A stretch of 64,000 nucleotides of DNA. Origin: a bacterium. Lineage in GTDB: Bacteria > Planctomycetota > UBA1135 > UBA2386. Positions 1 through 9,541 of the stretch are shown one piece after another. Both the position numbers and the translations under genes were made by a program. The stretch spans positions 38,207 to 102,206 of the forward strand of contig JANSXC010000002.1 in NCBI GenBank assembly GCA_024743115.1. Direction: 5' to 3'. Each line of letters starts with the position of its first letter. Position 1 is the first letter of the stretch. Under the pieces are notes generated by a model. It had not been told where the DNA came from. It did not search any database and worked only from the letters and a program-made list of their open reading frames with translations.

Positions 1-103
1 CGCTCATGGATCCCGTGCGCGCGCTGCGCCACGAGTAGCGTCACCGCGTCGCAGCGGCGCGGGGGCATGGAACGGCAACCACCGCTGCGCTAACTATGCA
101 CTG

Positions 104-1969
104 GTGAATCCCCGCATCGTCGACAAGGTCGCGCGCTTCCCGACCGGGGCGGGGGTCTACATCTTCTCCGATGCCGCGGGCAAGGCGCTCTACGTCGGCA
201 AGGCCGCGAACCTGCGGTCGCGCGTCCGCAGCTATCTGACGCCCGGCGGCGATGGCCGCTACCAGCTGCGATTCCTCGCCGCGGAGGCCGAAGACGTCGA
301 GTTCATCGCGACGGCGAGCGAGACCGAGGCGTTGCTGCTCGAGAACACGGTCATCAAGAAGCGCAAGCCGCGCTACAACATCAAGCTCAAGGACGACAAG
401 GCGTTCTTGCTGCTGCGGCTCGATCGCCGGGAACCGTGGCCGTGGTATCGCCTCGTGCGGAAGCGTGCGGACGACGGGGCGCTCTACTTCGGGCCCTACG
501 CGTCGGCGAAGTCGGTGCGGCGGTCGCTGCGATTGCTGCACAAGATCGTGCCCTTGCGTGACTGCACCGACTCGGTGTTCGACAACCGGTCGCGGCCGTG
601 CATCAAACACCAGATCGGGCGTTGTCCGGCGCCGTGCGTGGACCTCGTCGAGCGTTCGGAATACGACGAGCTGCTCGATCGGTCCATTCGGATCCTGCGC
701 GGTGAGGTCGCGCCGGTGTTGCAGGATCTGCGCGCCAGGATGCAGGATGCCGCGGACGAACTCGAGTTCGAGCGTGCGCAGGCGCTCAAGGAACAGATCC
801 GGGCGCTGCAGTCGATTGCGCAGCCGCAAGCCGTGGTGTCGGCCGTGGGGGACGAGGACGCGATCGGGTTGCACCGGGTCGGTGACGAGGTGACGGTCGC
901 GCTGCTGTCGTTTCGTGGCGGTGCGCTCGAGAACTCGCGGCGGTTCGCGCTGAAGACGCAGTTGTCCGACGCGATGTTGCTCGACGAGCTGCTCAGTCGC
1001 TTCTACGAGGGCGATCGCTACGTGCCCGGCGTCATCCTGTTGCCGCGGCTGCCGTCGGAGCCCGAGATCGTCACCGAGTGGCTGCGCGGTAAGCGCGGAT
1101 CACGGGTTGAGTTCCTGGTGCCGCAGCGCGGCAGCAAGCGACGGCATCTCGAACTCGCGCATCAGAACGCGATGCTCGCGGACGCAATGGCGACCGACGC
1201 CGCGGCCCGTCGGCGGGCGGGCGCTGAACGGCTCGGTCGAAAGCTCGCGCTGGCCGACGTGCCCGAGCGGCTGCACTGCCTCGATGTATCGACCATCCAG
1301 GGCACGAGCACAGTGGCGTCACGCGTGTGTTTCGTCGACGGCACGCCGGCGAAGGGGCAGTATCGCCGCTTCAAGATCTCGGCCGAGAATGCCGGCGACG
1401 ACTTCGGCGCGATGTCCGAAGCCGTGCTGCGCAGTCTGCGGCTGTGTCTCGAGCGCGACGAGGAAGAGCTGCCCGACCTGCTCGTCGTCGACGGCGGGCG
1501 CGGCCAGCTCTCCGCGGCGCGACGAGCGATCGAAGAACTCGGTCTGCAGGACGATCTGCGGATCTGTGGCCTCGCGAAGAGCCGGCTGCGCGGTGTCGGC
1601 GACGCCCGGCGCGAGAGCGGCGAGCGCATCTTCCTGCCCGACCGCGAGGACTCGCTGCCACTCGCGGACCAGGCGCCGGAGACGCTGCTCGTCGCCGCGT
1701 TGCGCGACGAAGCGCACCGCTTCGCCATCACCTACCACCGCAAGCAACGCGGCAAGCTGGGCAGCGAGCTCGATGACATCCCCGGCATCGGCCCGGCTCG
1801 CCGCCGCGCCGTGCTCCGGCACTTCGGGTCCCTGTCCGCGGTTCGGGCCGCTTCGCGAGAGGAGCTGCGGCAGAGTCCGTTGCCCGAGGCCGTCGCGGAG
1901 GCGGTGTGGCAGCGGTTTCACGTGCCGACAGATCGTGAGGGCGATAATGGCGGGGCTCCCGAGGCCTGA
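104..1969 (+). CDS. uvrC: Excinuclease ABC subunit C (UvrC)
   Basis: 621-aa ORF from GTG 104. N-terminal GIY-YIG motif (GVYIFSDAAGKALYVGKAANLRSRVRSY), UVR-like segment (ELEFERAQALKEQIRAL) and C-terminal helix-hairpin-helix (IPGIGPARRRAVLRHFGS). Normal composition, unlike the overlapping Arg/Pro-rich ORFs. Confidence 0.95.
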   Translation: MNPRIVDKVARFPTGAGVYIFSDAAGKALYVGKAANLRSRVRSYLTPGGDGRYQLRFLAAEAEDVEFIATASETEALLLENTVIKKRKPRYNIKLKDDKAFLLLRLDRREPWPWYRLVRKRADDGALYFGPYASAKSVRRSLRLLHKIVPLRDCTDSVFDNRSRPCIKHQIGRCPAPCVDLVERSEYDELLDRSIRILRGEVAPVLQDLRARMQDAADELEFERAQALKEQIRALQSIAQPQAVVSAVGDEDAIGLHRVGDEVTVALLSFRGGALENSRRFALKTQLSDAMLLDELLSRFYEGDRYVPGVILLPRLPSEPEIVTEWLRGKRGSRVEFLVPQRGSKRRHLELAHQNAMLADAMATDAAARRRAGAERLGRKLALADVPERLHCLDVSTIQGTSTVASRVCFVDGTPAKGQYRRFKISAENAGDDFGAMSEAVLRSLRLCLERDEEELPDLLVVDGGRGQLSAARRAIEELGLQDDLRICGLAKSRLRGVGDARRESGERIFLPDREDSLPLADQAPETLLVAALRDEAHRFAITYHRKQRGKLGSELDDIPGIGPARRRAVLRHFGSLSAVRAASREELRQSPLPEAVAEAVWQRFHVPTDREGDNGGAPEA

Positions 1970-2121
1970 GCCGCGGGGGCGAGGGCGCCGAATCAACTCA
2001 CGAGTTCGTCCCCGGCCCCTTCGGGCCATCGCTCGCTTCGGCCTCGCACGGGGGGCGTCGCCGGAAAATCTCGACTCGGGCGTGGGGCGTGTTCTCGCGT
2101 ATCGCGGGCCGGCCGAACGCG

Positions 2122-3597
2122 TCAGTCCGCGGCCGGCTCGGCGTCGCGTTCCGGGGCCTGGTCCACGACGGTTCCCAGGACCTCGCGCAGGATGATGCGC
2201 ACGTTCGGACACGCGACTTCGCGGAGGTCGAACGGTTCGTTGTCGTCCGGGTCGGGATTGTCGCCGTCGCTGTCGCGCAGGATGTTCACGATCGGGTGCA
2301 TCGGATCGTCGGTCTGCTCGGCGACGATGGCAATGGCGCCTTCGGCGAGCTCGACGGTCTGGCCGACGGGGTAGATGCCGTTGATCTCGATGAAGCGCTT
2401 CAGCAATCCCTGATCGAGGCGTTCGCCCATCGCGATCATGATGCGGTAGGCGCGGATCGGGGGCATCGCCGTCTTGTACGGGCGCGCCGCGGTCAGGGCC
2501 TCGTAGATGTCGCAGATCTTGACGACGCTGGTGATCCAGCTGATCGGATGGTCGTGAACGGTGCTCGGGTAGCCGGTGCCGTCGAGCGCGAGGTGGTGGC
2601 CGAATGCGGCGGCGATTGCGAGTGGGTCGGAATCGTGATGGTCCAGCAGGCAGCGAGCGCCGAGCTCGGCGTGCTTGCTCATCTCGCGCTGTTCTTCGGC
2701 ATCGAGCCGCCGGTTGCAGTGCAGCAGCTCGAACGGCACGAGGGACTTGCCGACGTCGTGGAGCAGGGCCGCAGCGCCGATCCGAATCTGCAGTTCGCGG
2801 TCCGCCGTGAGTGCACGCGCGAAGTTCATCGCCAGGATCGCGACCCGCAGCGAGTGGCCCAGCGTGAACGCGTCGTATTGATCCTGCCGGGCGAGCCCGA
2901 GGAGGCCGGCGCCGTCCGTTTCGAGGTGTTTGAGCACCGCCTCGGCCTGGGCCATCACGGGCGAGAAATCGATCTGCCCGCCGCGACAGACCGACACAGT
3001 CGCGGCCTGCAGGGTGTCCATCAGGGACTGGTAGGTCTTGACCGCGGCCCGTGCCTTGGGGTCGTCGCCGGCCGCGGAGCCGCCCTGACCGTCGACTTCG
3101 CTGCCCGGCCCGAGATGCGAACCCTGGTCATCGGCGCCGTCGCCGACCGGGGGCAGCAGTGTCACATGGATGCACTGTCGCTGGGCGGCCAGCGAGTTGA
3201 TTGCCGCATGGTTGTCGTGCATCGGCTCGGGTCGGGCGAGGATGCAGGCGAAGAACACCGCGAGCTGGTCGCGCGATGCCTGGCGCGCGATCTCGAAGCC
3301 GCCGGCGCGCCACGCGTCGAGCACCTCGATCAGGCGGGCGGCTGCGATGCTGGCGCCCAACAGCGGTTTGCCGCCGAAGAACATCATGCCCTCGTGGCTC
3401 GCGATGCGGACGCGTTCCGAGCCCATCGCCGTGGTCAGGGTCTGCACGTGGTCCAGTACCCGGCTCAGCGAGTTCTGCAGGCGCGGGTGTTCGAGCTGGT
3501 AGATTCGGGAGTTGACGAGCGCCGTGACGAACTCGTCGACGAGCAGCGTTGCGGCGGTCGTGATCTCGTGCTGGCGGCGGTTCTCGAGTGCGTTCAT
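2122..3597 (-). CDS. HD-GYP domain phosphohydrolase (cyclic-dinucleotide phosphodiesterase family) with N-terminal sensor-like domain
   Basis: 491-aa ORF. HD motif (LLHDVGKSLVP) and GYP motif (HHLALDGTGYPS) lie in the C-terminal half. The ATG shares one base with the stop of the upstream gene (TGATG at 3597). Confidence 0.9.
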   Translation of the reverse strand: MNALENRRQHEITTAATLLVDEFVTALVNSRIYQLEHPRLQNSLSRVLDHVQTLTTAMGSERVRIASHEGMMFFGGKPLLGASIAAARLIEVLDAWRAGGFEIARQASRDQLAVFFACILARPEPMHDNHAAINSLAAQRQCIHVTLLPPVGDGADDQGSHLGPGSEVDGQGGSAAGDDPKARAAVKTYQSLMDTLQAATVSVCRGGQIDFSPVMAQAEAVLKHLETDGAGLLGLARQDQYDAFTLGHSLRVAILAMNFARALTADRELQIRIGAAALLHDVGKSLVPFELLHCNRRLDAEEQREMSKHAELGARCLLDHHDSDPLAIAAAFGHHLALDGTGYPSTVHDHPISWITSVVKICDIYEALTAARPYKTAMPPIRAYRIMIAMGERLDQGLLKRFIEINGIYPVGQTVELAEGAIAIVAEQTDDPMHPIVNILRDSDGDNPDPDDNEPFDLREVACPNVRIILREVLGTVVDQAPERDAEPAAD

Positions 3598-5537
3598 CAG
3601 CGGCGTTCCCCGAGGGCGTCGAGGACCTCACGGGCCTTGGTGCGGGCGGGGCCGAGGCGGTCGAACAGCTGCTTCCAGCGACTGTTGCCCGCGAAGTCCT
3701 CGAGCAGCTCGCGGGACTTGGCATCGGGTGCGAGCGCGAGATCGGCGATGGCTGCGGTGAGCCGTTGCACGTCGTCGTCCGCGCGGGCACGGTGGACCTG
3801 CCGGCGCAGCAGCTCCGCGGTCTGTCGCCGCGCGGCCTCGGAGACCGTGCCGTCCTGGAGCGTGCGCATCAGTTCTTGCAGGTAGTGGGCGACCCCGTGA
3901 TCGCTCGGGCGCAGGTTCGCGAGCGCGTGGCGTTCGGCTGCAGGCAGTCCGGCGTTGGTCAGGAAGTCGACTACTTCCGTGTAGAGTTCGAGCCGGCCGC
4001 TCCAGGCCACGGCCCCGAGCGCTTCGCGGGCGTGTTCGCCGCCCATCGCGAGCAGCGCCCGTACGACGGTCGGGTCCTGGAGCGAGCGCTCGCGCAGGAT
4101 CCGGATGAACGTCGTGCGGCCGTAGCGCCGGACGAGCCGGTCCACCGCTTCGTGCAGGATCGCGAGGCCGTCCGGGTCACTACCGAGAACTTCGGCTGCG
4201 AGCGGCATGCAATGCGGGAAGCCCGCGACGACGAGGTCGACATCGAGGTAGCGACGATCGCGCACGAGGTCGAGACGATCGGCCTGCCCCGCGAGATCGA
4301 GCAGTTCCAGGCGTTCGACGTCGTCGGAGATCTCACGGAACCCGTCGCCGCCGAGATAGGCGTCGAGCACGGTCGTGCGGTTCCCGCACTGCGCCAGTGC
4401 GCGTCGGATCGGATTCGCGAGTCGTGATCGCTGGGTCGGGTCCGGGTCGGCGACGTAGAGGTAGAGGTAGACCCCGAGCAGTTGCTCGGCGAGGCTCGCC
4501 GCGTCCGTGCCGTTCTGCGCCGGCGACATGAGTGCGGGATTGGCGGCATCGGGCAACGTCTCGATCTCGGCGAGCAGTCCGTCGAGGTCGCATTCGATCG
4601 CGGCATCCTCCGCGCGGCCGCTCGGCAGGCCACTGGTCGGAGTCGAATCGGGCAGTGGTCGACCGAAGTACTTGCGTGCCAGCTCGAGAGTCGACTCGAC
4701 GGCGTCCTTCACGCTCGTGGCGGCGTCGGGTTCCGCATCGATCGCGGTCGGCGCGGGCTTACCGTCGAGGGCCACGCGCAGGTCGTCGATGTCGTCCGGT
4801 GTCGCGGTGTCGCGAGCCAGGGCCGCGATGAGCGCCGCGTGGGCGGCAGCGTCCGTGACGTTCGCCAGCAGCTCCTGCAATCGGGCCTCGCGCAGCGCAT
4901 TCGGATCGCCGCTGGACCGCGCCATCCCGCGCGGCCCGCGAGCGGGGACTCCCACCGAGTCGAAGACGACGCGGGCGCCGCTGTTGTGGCCGAGTCCGAA
5001 CTCGCTCGGGAGCGGCGGGCCGACGAACTCCGGTTCCAGTGTCGTGGCCGCGTCCTGGTCCGGAACGGCAGTCGCAGCCGCCCCGGCGACGCTCGCGCCG
5101 AACGTGCCCGTGAACACCAGGGGTACGGTCTGCAGGCGCGGGTGGTCGGCCGGCCACTCGAAGTCGTTCGTGCCCGGCTTGGTTGCGACGAGGCCCCGCG
5201 CGAGCTCGAGCAGATCGTCGGGTTCACAGGTCGCGCCGATGACGATGCCACGGAGTGCCGCGTTGCGGAGCCGGGTCACCACCCATTCGAACTGGGTGTC
5301 GTCGGCGAGCTCACGACCGTTGCAGGCCAGGGCCGGTCCGTGCGCGGTCAGGATGAGGCCGCCGCGTTCGCGGACGAGGGCGAGGCACTGATCGGCCGCA
5401 CCGCGTGACCGTGGGTGGTCGGCGGGATAGACCGAGGCGTTGCGGAGCGCCAGCGCGAACGACCGTGCCAGACGCTCGGCTTCGTGGGGTGCCGGCGAGC
5501 CCTCTGGCGCCGGTGGCATCGTTGCGAGCGGTTCCAC
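3597..5537 (-). CDS. Hypothetical protein; its N-terminal domain is paralogous to that of the downstream HD-GYP protein
   Basis: 646-aa uninterrupted ORF, translationally coupled to the HD-GYP gene. N-terminal FALALRNASVYPADHPR... aligns with FVTALVNSRIYQLEHPR... of the HD-GYP protein. The remainder is helical with no motif I recognise. Confidence 0.7.
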   Translation of the reverse strand: MEPLATMPPAPEGSPAPHEAERLARSFALALRNASVYPADHPRSRGAADQCLALVRERGGLILTAHGPALACNGRELADDTQFEWVVTRLRNAALRGIVIGATCEPDDLLELARGLVATKPGTNDFEWPADHPRLQTVPLVFTGTFGASVAGAAATAVPDQDAATTLEPEFVGPPLPSEFGLGHNSGARVVFDSVGVPARGPRGMARSSGDPNALREARLQELLANVTDAAAHAALIAALARDTATPDDIDDLRVALDGKPAPTAIDAEPDAATSVKDAVESTLELARKYFGRPLPDSTPTSGLPSGRAEDAAIECDLDGLLAEIETLPDAANPALMSPAQNGTDAASLAEQLLGVYLYLYVADPDPTQRSRLANPIRRALAQCGNRTTVLDAYLGGDGFREISDDVERLELLDLAGQADRLDLVRDRRYLDVDLVVAGFPHCMPLAAEVLGSDPDGLAILHEAVDRLVRRYGRTTFIRILRERSLQDPTVVRALLAMGGEHAREALGAVAWSGRLELYTEVVDFLTNAGLPAAERHALANLRPSDHGVAHYLQELMRTLQDGTVSEAARRQTAELLRRQVHRARADDDVQRLTAAIADLALAPDAKSRELLEDFAGNSRWKQLFDRLGPARTKAREVLDALGERR

Positions 5538-5630
5538 CGCACGGTGTATCGGTAGCCGACGAACCTGTGCTGTGGTCGGGCCGGAGTCGGCCTTGGCAAC
5601 GCGGATTCCGCAGACCCGTCGCCAGCCTCG

Positions 5631-6896
5631 TCAGTCGTCGTCGGCGCTCTCGGCCTCCGCGGGGGCCGGCGTGATCCGCACCCGTTCGACGCGGCGGTTG
5701 TTGGCCTTCGTGACGAGGAAACGGTAGCCCCCGGCGTCGACGTGGGTGCCCGCGACCGGCAGCCCGCCGTGCAACTCAGTGACGAAGCCGGCCAGTGTCT
5801 GGCTCTGGGTTTCGAGGTCGGTGAGTTCGAGCTCCTGGAAGATCTTGCGCGCCTCGGCGCTGCCGCGGCAGAGCAACGAGCGGTCGGCGCGGCGCAGGAA
5901 CTGCGTCTCGGCAGTGTCGAGTTCGTCCTCGATCTCGCCGACGATCTCCTCGAGCACGTCCTCGAGGGTGAGGATGCCGACCGTCGAGCCGTATTCGTCC
6001 ACGACGATCGCGAGGTGGCGCTTCTCGAGCTGGAACCGCCGCAGCAGGTGGTTCAGCAGCGCGCTCGCCGGCACGACGATCACGGGAATGCGAAGCGCGT
6101 CCCAGTCCGGTTCGGCGCTGTCGGGCTCGTCGCGTTCGCGCAGGGAGAACAGCAGCTCCTTGGCGAGGATGACGCCGTTGACCTCGTCCGGCTCGCCCGT
6201 GGGAGTGAACGGGAACCGGCTGTGACCCGAGCGCCGAATGCGTTCGAGGTTGACCTCCATGCTGTCGGCCCCGGAGACGAAGGAGACCCGGTTGCGCGGC
6301 ACCATTACGTCGCGCGCCTTGGTGTCGCGCAGGCGGGTGGCGCCGTCGATGAGCGAAGCCGTGATCGAGCCGAATGCGCCTTCCTTCTCGCCAACGGCCG
6401 TCAGCACCCGGATCTCCTCGATCGAAGTGGTCTCGGCCGAAGCACTGCGGGCGATCGCACGTGACAGCATCCGCGTCATGATCAACGCCGGCTGCATGAG
6501 GATGATCGTGCCGCGCACGAAGTGGGCCACGGGAATGCACAAGCGGTTGCTGTGCACCACGCCGATGGTCTTGGGGACGATCTCGGTAAAGGTCAGCACC
6601 GCGATGACGAAAGCCGCCGCGAACCAGATCTCGCTGATGCCCGGAAACGCATGCTCGAACTGTGCGGTCGCGATCGCCGCGCCGCCGGAGTTCGCGATCG
6701 TGTTGAGCACGAGAATCGCCGAGATCGGGCGATCGGGTTCGCTCTTCCAGCGCTGCAGCAGCTGGCCCGCTTTACTGCCGGAACGGGCGAGGGATTCGAT
6801 GCGCGCGGAACCGACGCTGAGCAGCGTTGCCTCCGCGAGCGAGCAGAGGAACGATGACAGCAGCGAGAATCCGACGGCCAGGAAGAACAGCAGCAT
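5631..6896 (-). CDS. CNNM / HlyC-CorC family transporter (DUF21, CBS pair, CorC_HlyC domains)
   Basis: 421-aa ORF. N-terminal TM region typical of DUF21 ([28 protein letters not shown]...[12 protein letters not shown]), a central CBS pair, and a C-terminal transporter-associated domain. Confidence 0.88.
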   Translation of the reverse strand: MLLFFLAVGFSLLSSFLCSLAEATLLSVGSARIESLARSGSKAGQLLQRWKSEPDRPISAILVLNTIANSGGAAIATAQFEHAFPGISEIWFAAAFVIAVLTFTEIVPKTIGVVHSNRLCIPVAHFVRGTIILMQPALIMTRMLSRAIARSASAETTSIEEIRVLTAVGEKEGAFGSITASLIDGATRLRDTKARDVMVPRNRVSFVSGADSMEVNLERIRRSGHSRFPFTPTGEPDEVNGVILAKELLFSLRERDEPDSAEPDWDALRIPVIVVPASALLNHLLRRFQLEKRHLAIVVDEYGSTVGILTLEDVLEEIVGEIEDELDTAETQFLRRADRSLLCRGSAEARKIFQELELTDLETQSQTLAGFVTELHGGLPVAGTHVDAGGYRFLVTKANNRRVERVRITPAPAEAESADDD

Positions 6897-6984
6897 GGCA
6901 GCTCGGCCCGCAGGCCGCCGCGCAGGTTAGATCAACCCGGCAGCGAGATCCATCGCCGGGCCGCCTCCTTGGGCGCGGCCCGAC

Positions 6985-8340
6985 TCAGACGGTCTGGAGT
7001 TCCTGCTCGTCGGCCGTCGTGAAGCCGAAGCCGAACTCGCCGCGCTGCACGCGGACGCTCACAGTGGAACCGGCGCCGAGCTCGTGATCGAGGATCATCT
7101 CCGTAAGCGGGTCTTCGATGTCGCGCTTGATGAGACGGCGCAGTTCGCGGGCGCCGAACTCCTCGGAGAAGCCGTCGCGCGCGAGCTTGATCTTGACGCC
7201 CTGCGACCAAGACAGCGTGATGCCGCGGCGCTTGAGCAGGTCGGCGACCTCCTTGAGCATGTTGCCCGCGATTCGCTGGCAGACCTTGACGTCGAGCGCG
7301 TTGAAGACAACGACCTCGTCGATGCGGTTGACGAACTCGGGACGGAACGACTCGCGCAGCGCTTCGAGCGTCAGAGTGCGGACGTCGAGGTCCTGCAGGC
7401 TCTGTCGCACGCTCGCGGTGCTGAAGCCCATGCGCGTGCGGACCGCGTCGATCTTCTCGATGCCGAGGTTGCTCGTCATCAGGATCAGCGCCTGGTGGAA
7501 GGAGACCGTATGGCCCTTGCTGTCCGTGATGATGCCCTCGTCGAGCAGCTGGAGCAGCAGGTTGTGCACCTTGTAGTGCGCCTTCTCGACCTCGTCGAAC
7601 AGCACGACGCTGTTCGGCTTCTTCTTGATCGCTTCCGTGAGGAAGCCGCCTTCGTTGTGGCCGATGTAGCCCGGCGGCGAGCCGATGAGCTTGGCGTATT
7701 CGTGCGGCAGCGCGTACTCGCTGCAGTCGACGCGAATCATCGCGGACGGGTCGTCGAACAGGTTGCGCGCGACGGCCTTGGCGAGTTCGGTCTTACCCGT
7801 GCCCGTGCGGCCGACGAGCAGGAACGTGCCGACCGGGTTGGTTGGCCGCTTGAGTCCGACGGCGGCCTTCTTGACCGCGCGGACCAGCGTACCGATGGCG
7901 TCGTCCTGACCGATGATCTGCTGGCGCAGCGACCGGTCGAGCGAGTTGACACGGCGGAACAGCGCCTGGCGCGCGGCGTCGTTGCCCGGGCGCGGCAGGA
8001 ACGGGTCGTCCTGCTCGTCCGCGTTGGCATCACTGCCCTCGGACGGGATGCTGACCTGGTGGATCTCGAGCGACGGGTTGACGTCGATGCAGATCTGGTA
8101 GAGCAGCTCTTCGACGATCTCGAGATCGTAGCCCTCGTCCATGCGTTGCACGACCGAGAGGATCTCGGCCTCGAACGACGGGACGCACGTCTCGACGATT
8201 CGGCTACGATAGGCCGACTTGTTGGTCAGAGTGGCTGCGTGCAGTTCCTGCAGCAGATCCTCCGAACAGCAGCGAACCTTGATGAATTCGTCGATCAAGT
8301 CGAAGTACTTGATCACGAATGCCGCCCCGGGTTGTTTCAC
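6985..8340 (-). CDS. Single-module AAA+ ATPase of the Clp/Hsp100 D2 type with an unassigned N-terminal domain
   Basis: 451-aa ORF. IIGQDDAIGTLVRAVKKAAVGL, Walker A GRTGTGKTELAK, Walker B VVLFDEVEKAH, sensor-1 LILMTSN, sensor-2 GARELRRLI. The first ~130 aa have no motif I recognise. Confidence 0.88.
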   Translation of the reverse strand: MKQPGAAFVIKYFDLIDEFIKVRCCSEDLLQELHAATLTNKSAYRSRIVETCVPSFEAEILSVVQRMDEGYDLEIVEELLYQICIDVNPSLEIHQVSIPSEGSDANADEQDDPFLPRPGNDAARQALFRRVNSLDRSLRQQIIGQDDAIGTLVRAVKKAAVGLKRPTNPVGTFLLVGRTGTGKTELAKAVARNLFDDPSAMIRVDCSEYALPHEYAKLIGSPPGYIGHNEGGFLTEAIKKKPNSVVLFDEVEKAHYKVHNLLLQLLDEGIITDSKGHTVSFHQALILMTSNLGIEKIDAVRTRMGFSTASVRQSLQDLDVRTLTLEALRESFRPEFVNRIDEVVVFNALDVKVCQRIAGNMLKEVADLLKRRGITLSWSQGVKIKLARDGFSEEFGARELRRLIKRDIEDPLTEMILDHELGAGSTVSVRVQRGEFGFGFTTADEQELQTV

Positions 8341-8412
8341 AGCGAGTCCCTCACTTCACGAATCCTGCCGCTACTCTGATCGAACGCATGCGGTCTCGAA
8401 CCTGAGCCGCAG

Positions 8413-9540
8413 GTGGCAAACCGCAGTGTCCTTTTTGCTTCAGTCATGAGCCCTGAAACCAAGTTGCTGGCGACGTTGGTGCACGGCGGTCAGATCCCGG
8501 CCGACGTTGCCCGGGACGCGCTCGCCTCGGGTGACATTGCGCGATATCTCGTGGAGCAAGGGGTTTGCAGCGCCGACGACTGGGCGCGCTGGGTGCGAAC
8601 GGACGGCGACACGCGGCCCGAGCTGTCGCGCTACGACGTAGGGGAACTCCTGGGCGAAGGCGGCGTCGGCCGGGTCTTCGCCGCCGTCGACAAAACGGAT
8701 GATCGCGCGGTGGCGCTCAAAGTGCTGCGGCGCGACAAGCAGGTCGACAAACGTGAGGCCGATCGCTTCGTGCAGGAGGCGCGGTTGCTCATGGAGCTCG
8801 AGCACCCGCATCTCGTGAGGGGTTACCGCGTCGCACGCGAAGGGGAGACGATCTTCTTCGCGATGGAGCAGTTGCCCGGCACGTGCCTGCAGGATCTGCT
8901 CGAGGAACAGGGTCAGCTCGACGAGGAAGTGGCGCTGCAGATCGTCGTCGAGGTCGCGGGTGCGCTCGACTCGCTGCACCAGCGCGGTCTGGTGCATCGC
9001 GACGTCAAGCCGGGCAACATCCTCTGGGCCGAGGAGCGCGGGGCGGTACTCATCGACCTCGGGTTCGCCGTGGAGCGCGGCAGCGAAGGCTCGGGAGAGA
9101 CGACGGCGGGCACCGTGCACTACATCGCGCCCGAGCAAGCGCGCGGTAACCAGGGCCTCGACGTGCGGGCGGACATCTACTCGCTCGGTGCAACGCTCTA
9201 TCACCTGACAACGGGCTCTCTGCCGTTCGAAGGCAAGACGAGTGAGGAGGTCCTCGCCAAGCAGGTGCTCGAATCGCTGTCGGGCGAACGGATCCGCGCG
9301 CTCGAGCTGAGTCCGCAGCTGCACTACTTCCTCGAGAAGATGATGGCGAAGGATCCCGAGATGCGGTTCCAGGATCCCGAGCAGCTGCAGACCGAGATCA
9401 ATGCGTTCCTGGCGCAGCGTCGCCAGCAGCGCGAACTCGAAGAGCAGAGCGAGCGGTCGAGGCCGCGGTTGGGTTCGCAACGTTCGGGCTCGCGGCGATC
9501 CGGCTCGCGTAGTTCCGGCTATCGGCGACGGCGGCGCTGA
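8413..9540 (+). CDS. Serine/threonine protein kinase
   Basis: 375-aa ORF (GTG 8413; alternative ATG 8446). Hanks-type motifs GEGGVGRVF, AVALKVL, HRDVKPGNIL, DLGFA, YIAPEQ. Arg/Ser-rich C-terminal tail. Confidence 0.92.
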   Translation: MANRSVLFASVMSPETKLLATLVHGGQIPADVARDALASGDIARYLVEQGVCSADDWARWVRTDGDTRPELSRYDVGELLGEGGVGRVFAAVDKTDDRAVALKVLRRDKQVDKREADRFVQEARLLMELEHPHLVRGYRVAREGETIFFAMEQLPGTCLQDLLEEQGQLDEEVALQIVVEVAGALDSLHQRGLVHRDVKPGNILWAEERGAVLIDLGFAVERGSEGSGETTAGTVHYIAPEQARGNQGLDVRADIYSLGATLYHLTTGSLPFEGKTSEEVLAKQVLESLSGERIRALELSPQLHYFLEKMMAKDPEMRFQDPEQLQTEINAFLAQRRQQRELEEQSERSRPRLGSQRSGSRRSGSRSSGYRRRRR

Positions 9541-9541
9541 C

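Noticed and set aside
1-38. Possible 3' end of an upstream plus-strand gene (…LMDPVRALRHE then TAG at 36-38)
   Set aside because: Only 12 codons are visible, too short to support a call.
2089-3885. 598-aa plus-strand ORF (and neighbours 3588..4427, 4482..5408) antisense to the HD-GYP gene and its partner
   Set aside because: Arg/Gly/Ala/Val/Asp-rich low-complexity translation with no motifs. It runs across the junction of two well-supported minus-strand genes. This is a typical high-GC shadow ORF.
6985-8340. AAA+ ATPase as ClpV of a type VI secretion system
   Set aside because: No T6SS genes (TssB/C, Hcp, VgrG, TssM and others) are nearby. The protein has only one AAA module.
8865-8876. GGAGCAGTTGCC inside the kinase gene, identical to the reverse complement of the ribH-nusB spacer 12-mer
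   Set aside because: It is a single in-frame occurrence encoding MEQLP, without the flanking hairpin arm, so most likely chance.
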